From a virus (taxonomy: Duplodnaviria > Heunggongvirae > Uroviricota > Caudoviricetes), in the IMG/VR virus record IMGVR_UViG_3300015365_000054: a stretch of DNA of 64,000 nt, one strand, 5' to 3'. Below, piece by piece: positions 55,481 to 61,832 of this stretch. The position numbers and the translations under genes are program-made. Each line of letters begins with the position of its first letter. Positions within the stretch are counted from its first letter, which is position 1. The notes below the pieces were generated by a model that ran no database searches, was not told where the DNA came from, and saw nothing but the letters and a program-made list of their open reading frames with translations.

Positions 55481-55570
55481 ATGCTGATCAGGCATTTACA
55501 GGAATCGAACCTGCCACCCTGTGGTACAAGGCTGTATCCAACGACCCATTGCGCATGGGCTAGTGTGTTA
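55481..55570 (-). other. tRNA-like element: T-arm (GCAGG-TTCGATT-CCTGT) lacking a matching acceptor stem, flanked by the inverted repeat AACACAC/GTGTGTT
   Basis: T-arm at 55498..55514. No 5' strand complementary to AAATGCC was found. Possible degenerate tRNA. Confidence 0.25.
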
Positions 55571-55807
55571 TATTCGAATTTGTTTACCGCTACTCGTTAC
55601 CACGAAATTGAATAGCTGAATCAACGTATTGATCTGCTGCACACATCGGATTCACACATAACGGCAGTGGTGTGGTTATGTGCTTTTGGGTATCTGTGCA
55701 CACACGTAAACAAAATAGGTTAAATATCTAAATATACTAAATAAAGGTGTCTGTCACGATATTAGCAGTATCCACAGACTCTAGTAACTTAATAGGAGTA
55801 TACCAGC

Positions 55808-56617
55808 ATGTCTATTTATTCAACAATATATTGTTCCTGCATTATCTGTAAGGAAGTAAGACCATCCAAAGGCATTCGTTCTCACTACGCTGCTTCACAT
55901 ACCGAAGAAGGTAGGAAGCGAATAAAGGAAAATGGTATTCTATATGGTAAACTTGGCAGAGATACCTTTAAAAAGAAATGCACATCTAAAAAAGAATATG
56001 CAATTCACCAATATAATTTATCACCTAATACATGTAAACATTGTAATAGTATATTAGATTTTGATAAAAAAAGCAATAAATTTTGTTCACAATCATGTTC
56101 TGTTTCCTATTCTAACAAAAGAAGACATAAAATATTATCTCAAACTGCACTTGATAATATCCGTAACGCTAACTTAGTTCGTTCTGTTGTTGCTGGTGAT
56201 TATTGTAGAATTTATCGCTGTAGGAAATGTCAAAAATATCACCCATCAACCGAACAAAAACATTTATGTTGTAAAGATTCATCTACCGCATATAGACCAT
56301 TATGTAAATTTTCCTTTAATCTCGGTGATTATCCAGAAGAGTTCGACTTGAGTTTAATAGAAAAGCATGGAATGTTTTCCCCAACAAAAAATCCAACTGG
56401 AGTATCAAGGGATCATATGGTTTCTATTGATTATGCGTTTAAGCATAAAATAGATCCATCAATAATCAGGCATCCAGCAAATTGTAGGATTATTCTACAA
56501 AAAGATAATTCTCAAAAACACACTAAGAGCGAAATATCTTTAGATGAATTACTATATAGAATTATCGATTGGGATATCAAATATCAATCTAGGAATGGTG
56601 GGTCCGCTGAGAGTTGA
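55808..56617 (+). CDS. HNH-type endonuclease-like protein with N-terminal Cys-rich zinc-finger repeats (possible homing endonuclease)
   Basis: C-terminal SRDHMVSIDYAF...HPANCRIILQKDNSQKH is HNH-like (DH..N..H). Multiple CxxC pairs upstream. Only plus-strand gene inside the minus-strand tRNA array. Its 3' end overlaps tRNA 56596..56672 on the other strand. Confidence 0.45.
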   Translation: MSIYSTIYCSCIICKEVRPSKGIRSHYAASHTEEGRKRIKENGILYGKLGRDTFKKKCTSKKEYAIHQYNLSPNTCKHCNSILDFDKKSNKFCSQSCSVSYSNKRRHKILSQTALDNIRNANLVRSVVAGDYCRIYRCRKCQKYHPSTEQKHLCCKDSSTAYRPLCKFSFNLGDYPEEFDLSLIEKHGMFSPTKNPTGVSRDHMVSIDYAFKHKIDPSIIRHPANCRIILQKDNSQKHTKSEISLDELLYRIIDWDIKYQSRNGGSAES

Positions 56618-56672
56618 ACTCAGAGTTTCATCGATTATGAGTCGAGTGTTTTGACCATTAAACTACAGACCC
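56596..56672 (-). tRNA. tRNA-Met (anticodon CAT), G1-C72 paired, so elongator Met or Ile2
   Basis: Acceptor GGGTCTG/CGGACCC, anticodon loop CTCATAA on a TCGA/TCGA stem, T-arm CTGAG-TTCAACT-CTCAG, CCA encoded. Confidence 0.65.
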
Positions 56673-56679
56673 CAAACAT

Positions 56680-56955
56680 TTACAATTTCTCAGTAGGATT
56701 CCATATAGTAACAATAAATCTGTTTTGTCCTTTTCCAATAGAATGCTGTTCATATCCATCAGGAATAGAAACATACCAATTGTTTTTTCTAGCTTCACTT
56801 ATGGATTTAAACTTACCAATCCTAGCAAGAAGATGTGCCATTGTTTTATCAGATTCTTCCAATGGAATGATTATATCATCTCCACCAAATCCAAGCAAAT
56901 CATTATCAACATCAGATTGATAATTTTTTCCAACAATGACAAAATTATTTTTCAT
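56680..56955 (-). CDS. hypothetical protein (91 aa)
   Basis: ORF only. Confidence 0.3.
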   Translation of the reverse strand: MKNNFVIVGKNYQSDVDNDLLGFGGDDIIIPLEESDKTMAHLLARIGKFKSISEARKNNWYVSIPDGYEQHSIGKGQNRFIVTIWNPTEKL

Positions 56956-56971
56956 ATAATCTCCAAAACAA

Positions 56972-57046
56972 TTGGCAGGGGATGGTGGTAACGCTCCACC
57001 TCACTCGGTTTCAAAGACCGATATCTGCTCTTATCGATTTATCCCC
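56972..57046 (-). tRNA. tRNA-Gln (anticodon TTG) with atypical T-loop AGCGTTA
   Basis: Perfect acceptor AGGGGAT/ATCCCCT, discriminator G, CCA encoded. Anticodon arm TCGGT-CTTTGAA-ACCGA, T-arm GGTGG-AGCGTTA-CCACC. Confidence 0.55.
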
Positions 57047-57052
57047 TATAAA

Positions 57053-57127
57053 CTGGAGTTGTGGACTGGATTTGAACCAGCGTAATAGAATTTTGCAGAC
57101 TCTAACCTAACCACTCGGTCACCACAA
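57053..57127 (-). tRNA. tRNA-Cys (anticodon GCA)
   Basis: Acceptor GTTGTGG/CCACAAC, discriminator T, CCA encoded. Anticodon arm AGAGT-CTGCAAA-ATTCT, T-loop TTCAAAT. Confidence 0.65.
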
Positions 57128-57146
57128 CATAAACCTGCGAAATCAA

Positions 57147-57320
57147 TTTGGTTTATACCAAACACATTCCTTATCATGTTCTAATTCTTTTCCCACATAG
57201 TGTGGAGCACCACAACAATTACAGTAACTATCAATACCAGTTCGTCGTATTAGTTCCTGTATATCTCTCTGGTGATAAAATTCCCTCAACCATTCGGAAA
57301 AATTAAATTCTTTATCCATA
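57147..57320 (-). CDS. small Cys/His-rich zinc-finger-like protein (57 aa, below the ORF-track cutoff)
   Basis: Minus-strand ORF MDKEFNFSEWLREFYHQRDIQELIRRTGIDSYCNCCGAPHYVGKELEHDKECVWYKPN between two tRNAs. Confidence 0.25.
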
Positions 57321-57345
57321 AAAATTACCCCAACAATAAAATAAA

Positions 57346-57435
57346 TTGGCGGAAGGTACAGGATTCGAACCTGTGTGCCCTTTTCAGAACCATCTGTTTA
57401 GCAAACAGTGTCAATTAGCCACTCTGACAACCTCC
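57346..57435 (-). tRNA. tRNA-Ser (anticodon GCT), class II
   Basis: Acceptor GGGAGGT/ACCTTCC, discriminator G, CCA encoded. Anticodon loop TTGCTAA on stem CTGT/ACAG, long variable arm, T-arm ACAGG-TTCGAAT-CCTGT. Confidence 0.6.
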
Positions 57436-57747
57436 CATAAATTTTATCTTAAAAACTGTTCCGGTTGGTGTGGTCATTGGTTGAACATCAACTAGACTTG
57501 CAGCGATTATAGATGGATACAAACCTCGTACCTTTCTTGTGTAGATTCTAAAAGCACGTATCATATACAATTTCTTATGTCTACCGGATAACTTATTATA
57601 TCGATGTGATGTACCAGCCTTTTCATGATTGGTAATAGCATCTGTTAACTGTTTTTCCAAGTATTCTAATGTATGCTTCATATATAACCTGTATATAATT
57701 GGTGCCCTCACGAGGTAACGCTCCCCGAACTGATGATTACAAGTCAA
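57415..57747 (-). CDS. hypothetical basic protein (110 aa; may start at the internal MKHTLEY)
   Basis: ORF whose last 20 nt overlap the tRNA-Ser(GCT) 5' end. Uncertain. Confidence 0.25.
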   Translation of the reverse strand: MTCNHQFGERYLVRAPIIYRLYMKHTLEYLEKQLTDAITNHEKAGTSHRYNKLSGRHKKLYMIRAFRIYTRKVRGLYPSIIAASLVDVQPMTTPTGTVFKIKFMGGCQSG

Positions 57748-57781
57748 CTGTTATACTACTTAACTATAAGGGCAAATCATT

Positions 57782-57857
57782 TGGTGCACAGTGTAGGACT
57801 CGAACCTACATCTTCCACTTTGTAAGAATGGTGCTTAACCCCTCAGACCAACTGTGC
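57782..57857 (-). tRNA. tRNA-Val (anticodon TAC)
   Basis: Acceptor GCACAGT/ACTGTGC, anticodon arm CCATT-CTTACAA-AGTGG, T-arm GTAGG-TTCGAGT-CCTAC, CCA encoded. Confidence 0.7.
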
Positions 57858-57864
57858 GTGAATT

Positions 57865-57946
57865 TGGTGGAAGCCGAGGGAGTTGAACCCTTCTAGTCAG
57901 CAATCTTGCAAGGATTACCCGTAACCCGTTACTGCCCCCATGAAAT
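57865..57946 (-). other. tRNA-like element with an Ala-type anticodon arm (TAATC-CTTGCAA-GATTG, anticodon TGC) but no resolvable acceptor stem
   Basis: T-loop TTCAACT with only a 4-bp stem. The 3' end GGCTTCC-A-CCA has no complementary 5' strand before tRNA-Tyr begins. Possible pseudo-tRNA-Ala. Confidence 0.3.
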
Positions 57947-58031
57947 TGGTGGAATGTACTGGGATCGAACCAGTCGTGCCATTAGGCGGCTGATTTACAG
58001 TCAGCTGCATCACCATTGATGCTTCCACTCC
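57947..58031 (-). tRNA. tRNA-Tyr (anticodon GTA), class II
   Basis: Acceptor GGAGTGG/ACATTCC (6 of 7 pairs), D-arm GCAT-CAATGGTG-ATGC, anticodon arm GCTGA-CTGTAAA-TCAGC, variable hairpin GCC-TAAT-GGC, T-arm ACTGG-TTCGATC-CCAGT, CCA encoded. Confidence 0.7.
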
Positions 58032-58042
58032 GAAATAAAATT

Positions 58043-58118
58043 TGGCGGTCTTAGGGGGTAACGATCCCCACTCTTCGGCAGTGACAGTACCGTGTGCGTC
58101 CATAAACACTTTAAGACC
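58043..58118 (-). tRNA. tRNA-Asp (anticodon GTC) with atypical T-loop ATCGTTA
   Basis: Perfect acceptor GGTCTTA/TAAGACC, discriminator G, CCA encoded. D-stem GTGT/GCAC, anticodon arm CGGTA-CTGTCAC-TGCCG, T-arm (T)GGGG-ATCGTTA-CCCC(C). 76 nt. Confidence 0.55.
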
Positions 58119-58262
58119 TATGTTCTTTTCTTTCCAGCATATGTACTGGTTTGTGAGTGACAATTTGGACAGACCAATCTGATGTTTTCTGGTCTATTAT
58201 CATTATTGATGCCATTCACATGATCGACTTGAAGCGATAGGTAATTGCCATTCTTTATAGCG

Positions 58263-58280
58263 TACCATATAGAAACACAC
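58263..58280. repeat. 18-nt repeat copy 1 (TACCATATAGAAACACAC)
   Basis: Matches 58480..58497 with one mismatch and is the inverse complement of 58341..58357. Confidence 0.75.
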
Positions 58281-58340
58281 TGCGTTGACAAATCTTGTCA
58301 ATAACACATAATCTTATTTCGACACTGCTTATTCCTACAT

Positions 58341-58357
58341 TGTGTTTCTATATGGTA
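58341..58357. repeat. inverted copy of the 18-nt repeat (TGTGTTTCTATATGGTA), itself embedded in a CCTACAT/ATGTAGG hairpin
   Basis: Reverse complement of copy 1. Confidence 0.75.
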
Positions 58358-58479
58358 TGTAGGGCGGGGGGTGGTTTTAATTCCCGTTTCAAACGATAGT
58401 CCGGACTATCTACGCGGTTATCAGTGAACTTTGCTTCCGCAACCTAACTAAGTCTTTGTCGTTTCGGTTACTTCCTACA

Positions 58480-58497
58480 TACCATATAGGAACACAC
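58480..58497. repeat. 18-nt repeat copy 3 (TACCATATAGGAACACAC), preceded by TCCTACAT like the inverted copy
   Basis: One mismatch relative to copy 1. Confidence 0.75.
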
Positions 58498-58688
58498 CTA
58501 ATTTGTTCAATGCTGACACAAAGAACCTTTCGCAACTGTTAGGTCACCGCAGACAGCACTGCGGCTTAGGGCAGCACTGAATGCGTCAGGAATGTTCATA
58601 TATGGTACTAATTTTTAAAGAACGTTTAATATCTAATTAATATAACATTATTTAACGTACATGTCAACAAGATTCACATTACCATAAA

Positions 58689-59111
58689 TTACAGTAACTT
58701 CAAATGTCCAGTAATTGGATCTAATTTCTCTGGAAATTCGGGTCCAATAGCTACTACAGTGTTAGTAGGAACCCCATGAAATTCAGTTAATCCACTATCA
58801 GTAATTAATGAACAAAGTATACCAGCATCTTGTGCTTTTTTATAAAGATCAAGTAATTCTTCTTCTGAATCTACTGATACACAAACTTTAGTAAATTTTC
58901 CTTTAATCCAATTGTTTAATGGACTGTTATAGTACAACGGAAGAACTAACCCATCTATTACATGATTTTCATCATTAGTATATTCTTCCATTAAATCCAA
59001 TAACACTTTCATTGAAGCATGTGCGACTTGCGCAGCAATTTTACCTTTACGCATGTTCAAGTCTTTTCGCACAATTAAAATTTGTTTTGGTTCACTCATA
59101 TTATCCCACAT
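58689..59111 (-). CDS. peptidyl-tRNA hydrolase, PTH2 (archaeal/eukaryotic type) family
   Basis: KGKIAAQVAHASMKV and ITDSGLTEFHGVPTNTVVAIGP match the PTH2 signature segments (GKxAAQxxHA and DAGxTEfxGxPTxTAxAIGP). 140 aa. Confidence 0.7.
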   Translation of the reverse strand: MWDNMSEPKQILIVRKDLNMRKGKIAAQVAHASMKVLLDLMEEYTNDENHVIDGLVLPLYYNSPLNNWIKGKFTKVCVSVDSEEELLDLYKKAQDAGILCSLITDSGLTEFHGVPTNTVVAIGPEFPEKLDPITGHLKLL

Positions 59112-59301
59112 ATGTTGATTGTTGATACTGAAATGTTCTGGTATGGACTCGCACCATACTCCGCTCTATCCACAAACTACTAATGAATACGGAACTTGTA
59201 CTTCATTCTATCTTATCACTTTCACCTAAAGCACATGCACATCAAACACTTCAGAACATATCAATAATCTGTACTAGTGATAACGCACACTAGCAAGCAA
59301 A

Positions 59302-59377
59302 GTCTGATTGTTGGCGCGTCTGGTAGGATTCGAACCTACGTTTATCTGCTTAGAAGGCAGATGCCTGATCCACTAGA
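59302..59377 (-). tRNA. tRNA-Arg (anticodon TCT)
   Basis: Acceptor GCGTCTG/CAGACGC, discriminator G, CCA encoded. Anticodon arm TCTGC-CTTCTAA-GCAGA, T-arm GTAGG-TTCGAAT-CCTAC. Confidence 0.8.
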
Positions 59378-59383
59378 CTACAG

Positions 59384-59459
59384 ACGCATAATTTGGTAGG
59401 CATGAGTGGAATTGAACCACACATCTATGAGTTATCAGCTCATTGTTCTCGCCATTGAA
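59384..59459 (-). tRNA. tRNA-Ile (anticodon GAT)
   Basis: Acceptor GGGCATG/CATGCCT, anticodon arm ATGAG-CTGATAA-CTCAT, T-loop TTCAATT, CCA encoded. Confidence 0.7.
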
Positions 59460-59467
59460 CTACATGC

Positions 59468-59544
59468 CCAATAAAATTGGCTCCACCTCGTGGGTTCGAA
59501 CCACGCAATTTCTGATTAACAGTCAGACCCGTTCACCAAGCTCG
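59468..59544 (-). tRNA. tRNA-Asn (anticodon GTT)
   Basis: Perfect acceptor TCCACCT/AGGTGGA, discriminator G, CCA encoded. Anticodon arm TCTGA-CTGTTAA-TCAGA, T-arm CGTGG-TTCGAAC-CCACG. Confidence 0.75.
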
Positions 59545-59617
59545 GTCAGGTGGAATAAAATTGGTCGTTTATTATAGACCGAACGATAGCGGTCACCTCT
59601 TTCTACCACTGGTAGGT
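59545..59617. other. 73-nt spacer folding into three consecutive hairpins; contains an ATCGTT T-loop-like segment and a TATAAT box but no foldable tRNA
   Basis: Minus sense CTACC-agt-GGTAG, GACCG-ctatcgtt-CGGTC and GGTC-tataataaac-GACC, ending ACCA. Confidence 0.3.
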
Positions 59618-59703
59618 GAGCAAAAATTGGAGCGGATAGCGAGACTCGAACTCGCGTGCAACTTTCGTTTGCTGGTTTGGAAGACCAGTGCCTGACCTCT
59701 AGG
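59618..59703 (-). tRNA. tRNA with a Gly anticodon (TCC) but a 16-nt class-II-like variable region (86 nt)
   Basis: Perfect acceptor GCGGATA/TATCCGC, discriminator T, CCA encoded. Anticodon arm CTGGT-CTTCCAA-ACCAG, variable region CAAACGAAAGTTGCAC (hairpin AAC-gaaa-GTT), T-arm GCGAG-TTCGAGT-CTCGC. Confidence 0.5.
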
Positions 59704-59707
59704 CTAT

Positions 59708-59783
59708 ATCCGCAAATTGGTACTCCAGAAGGGATTCGAACCCTCTCTTCAAGATTGAAAGTCTTGCGATCTGACCGATTAAT
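59708..59783 (-). tRNA. tRNA-Glu (anticodon TTC)
   Basis: Anticodon arm CAAGA-CTTTCAA-TCTTG, T-arm GAGGG-TTCGAAT-CCCTT, CCA encoded. Acceptor has one mismatch and one wobble. Confidence 0.6.
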
Positions 59784-59786
59784 CTA

Positions 59787-59860
59787 CAGGAGCATATGGT
59801 GGGGGTGTAGGGTACTGACCCCTATTTTACGAGTTAAAAGCTCGGTACTTCACCTTAAAG
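59787..59860 (-). tRNA. tRNA-Lys (anticodon TTT) with a non-canonical T-loop (GTCAGTA)
   Basis: Perfect acceptor GGGGGTG/CACCCCC, discriminator A, CCA encoded. Anticodon loop CTTTTAA on a 4-bp stem CGAG/CTCG, T-stem TAGGG/CCCTA. Confidence 0.5.
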
Positions 59861-59868
59861 TTTCACCC

Positions 59869-59954
59869 CCCCGAAACTTGGTGCCTGTGGAGGGAATCGA
59901 ACCCCCAATCTCGTATGAGCAATGCGTTCTAAGCGCATCGTGTATCCCGTTCCA
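59869..59954 (-). tRNA. tRNA-Leu (anticodon TAG), class II
   Basis: Perfect acceptor GCCTGTG/CACAGGC, discriminator A, CCA encoded. Anticodon arm ATGCG-CTTAGAA-CGCAT, variable hairpin CTC-atac-GAG, T-loop TTCGATT. Confidence 0.75.
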
Positions 59955-59958
59955 CCAC

Positions 59959-60035
59959 ACAGGCAAATTGGTCAGCTAGGCAGGACTCGAACCTGCAACC
60001 ACATGCTCCCAAAGCATGCATTCTCGCCAATTGAA
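59959..60035 (-). tRNA. tRNA-Pro (anticodon TGG), copy 2 with a different body
   Basis: Perfect acceptor CAGCTAG/CTAGCTG, discriminator A, CCA encoded. Anticodon arm CATGC-TTTGGGA-GCATG, T-arm GCAGG-TTCGAGT-CCTGC. Confidence 0.65.
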
Positions 60036-60533
60036 CTACTAGCTGTGAAATCATTGTATGTCTCTCCATACTGTCACGCACTCTTGAATTAAGAATAGTG
60101 GCGTTGACTATATTCGTAAAACTAATATGTTATTAAAGATCATAATTCCAATCAACTTAGGATTAGAACCCCAGCTTACTTTATACTGGGTCTTTTATCA
60201 AAAGAGACAAAAGACAGAATTCATAATAAATCATGCCGCATTTTTCATCGTCGGATGACGACTTGGGATTTTTCACAATCCTACCCAATTTGGGAAGTAG
60301 CGGATCACTCCAGATAATTCCGGTTTACTATATAGTCATATTATATAATTATATAGCACTTTTTTTGAAAAATCAACACATTTTTATTAAAAATTTAAAA
60401 CTTTTAACTAAATGTCTAGCGGCTGATTCATCATGTGAAGCATTATACACGCTAACCAAAAGAAGTCAATACATATTTTACATAAACACTAAATATTAAT
60501 TATACCCCAACCCATCTGAACACAAGGACAATC

Positions 60534-61607
60534 ATGAAGCCACGAGTGATCTTTATACTAAAACGACGCGAAGATTATAATGCAATTACACATTCCCATA
60601 TTGGATTGAGCACCGGATTATACAATTCAGCAAATTTCATGAATGAAATGCTGAATTCAATGCACATAGAAAGCAAACTCGTGGTGGTTCCGGATAACAA
60701 TCATATTGACAGGGAAGTAACAAAACACAAACCCACACACGTCATAATAGAAGCATTGTGGGTAGTTCCACAGAAATTTAATATATTAAAGAAACTACAC
60801 CCTAAAGTCAAATGGATAATCAGATTACATAGTGAGATGCCATTTATGGCTGGTGAAGGTATGGCTATGGATTGGATTGGTGATTACAGTGAAATTGATA
60901 ACGTTATTCTTGGTATCAATGCACCAAGAATGTATCATGAAGTTAAAAATTATCTAAAAATAAAGAACAATTGGAATGAAGCCACCAGCAATGAGAAAGT
61001 AGTATATCTACCAAATTACTATCCACAGCAATATAAGAAAACGAAAAAAATAGACAAGAACAAAGATACTATTGATATTGCATGTTTTGGAGCCATACGT
61101 CCATTGAAAAATCACTTGGTTCAAGCATTTGCTGCTATAGAATTTGCTGATAGAATTGGTAAGAAATTAAACTTCCATGTTAATGCAGGTAGAATCGAAA
61201 TGAATGGTTCACCAGTAATAAACAATCTGAAAGGATTATTTCAACATTTACACGGAAAACATGAACTAATAAACCACACATGGTGTCCAAGGGAACAATT
61301 CTTAGAGCTATGTTCTACTATGGATATTGGGGTACAATCCAGCTTTTCGGAAACATTTAATATTGTCGGTGCGGATCTTATAAGTCAGGGTGTACCTCTT
61401 GTTGGTAGCACAGAAATTCCTTGGTGTTCTACATTATATACAGCTGATCCAACAGATAGTAGAGACATAGCGAACAAATTGGAGAGGTCATATAACTGGG
61501 CATGCGCCAATGTGTTCCTCAATCAAGGATTACTATATGACTATTGTGGTACTTCGGCTACCATTTGGTATAAATACATGACACACAAACAAGGTACTAT
61601 TAAATGA
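60534..61607 (+). CDS. glycosyltransferase, GT-B fold (group 1/GT4-like)
   Basis: C-terminal half contains the E-x7-E-type motif (SFSETFNIVGADLISQGVPLVGS) typical of GT4 donor-binding domains. 357 aa. Preceded by AAGGA 8 nt upstream of the ATG. Confidence 0.5.
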   Translation: MKPRVIFILKRREDYNAITHSHIGLSTGLYNSANFMNEMLNSMHIESKLVVVPDNNHIDREVTKHKPTHVIIEALWVVPQKFNILKKLHPKVKWIIRLHSEMPFMAGEGMAMDWIGDYSEIDNVILGINAPRMYHEVKNYLKIKNNWNEATSNEKVVYLPNYYPQQYKKTKKIDKNKDTIDIACFGAIRPLKNHLVQAFAAIEFADRIGKKLNFHVNAGRIEMNGSPVINNLKGLFQHLHGKHELINHTWCPREQFLELCSTMDIGVQSSFSETFNIVGADLISQGVPLVGSTEIPWCSTLYTADPTDSRDIANKLERSYNWACANVFLNQGLLYDYCGTSATIWYKYMTHKQGTIK

Positions 61608-61816
61608 GTAAACATCACCACAACAGAGAAGGATATTTCAAAGCAAGAATCCATAAATGGGATAAGCATGGAAAATTGGCAATTATAGAAGAATACCTAT
61701 CTAGCTTAGATGCCTGTATAGAATACGCAAGAGGATTCCATGGTCACATGGTGAAAATATACGATAATGGTGAATTGATTCATACAGAGAGCATCAGCTA
61801 CGACACCTATGCGTAG
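61604..61816 (+). CDS. hypothetical His-rich protein (70 aa)
   Basis: Start overlaps the glycosyltransferase stop (ATGA). Its stop lies inside the terminator hairpin. Confidence 0.35.
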   Translation: MSKHHHNREGYFKARIHKWDKHGKLAIIEEYLSSLDACIEYARGFHGHMVKIYDNGELIHTESISYDTYA

Positions 61817-61832
61817 CTGATGCTCGTTTTTA
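61792..61832 (+). terminator. intrinsic terminator of the plus-strand pair
   Basis: 11-bp stem CATCAGCTACG/CGTAGCTGATG with a 9-nt loop, followed by CTCGTTTTTA. Confidence 0.65.

Larger units (their letters stand above)
58119..58688. other. 570-nt ORF-free, repeat- and hairpin-rich spacer inside the tRNA transcription unit
   Basis: No ORF of 60 aa or more. Contains an 18-nt repeat in three copies (two direct, one inverted), a GGGCGGGGGGTGG run, an 8-bp perfect palindrome GATAGTCCGGACTATC (58396..58411) and the hairpin CCTACAT...ATGTAGG. Confidence 0.4.

Noticed and set aside
58119-58688. Group I intron (GATAGTCC resembles part of the S element)
   Set aside because: The motif is half of a perfect 16-nt palindrome rather than part of a P7/P9.0 pairing. 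No other conserved intron elements were found, and no interrupted host gene is evident.
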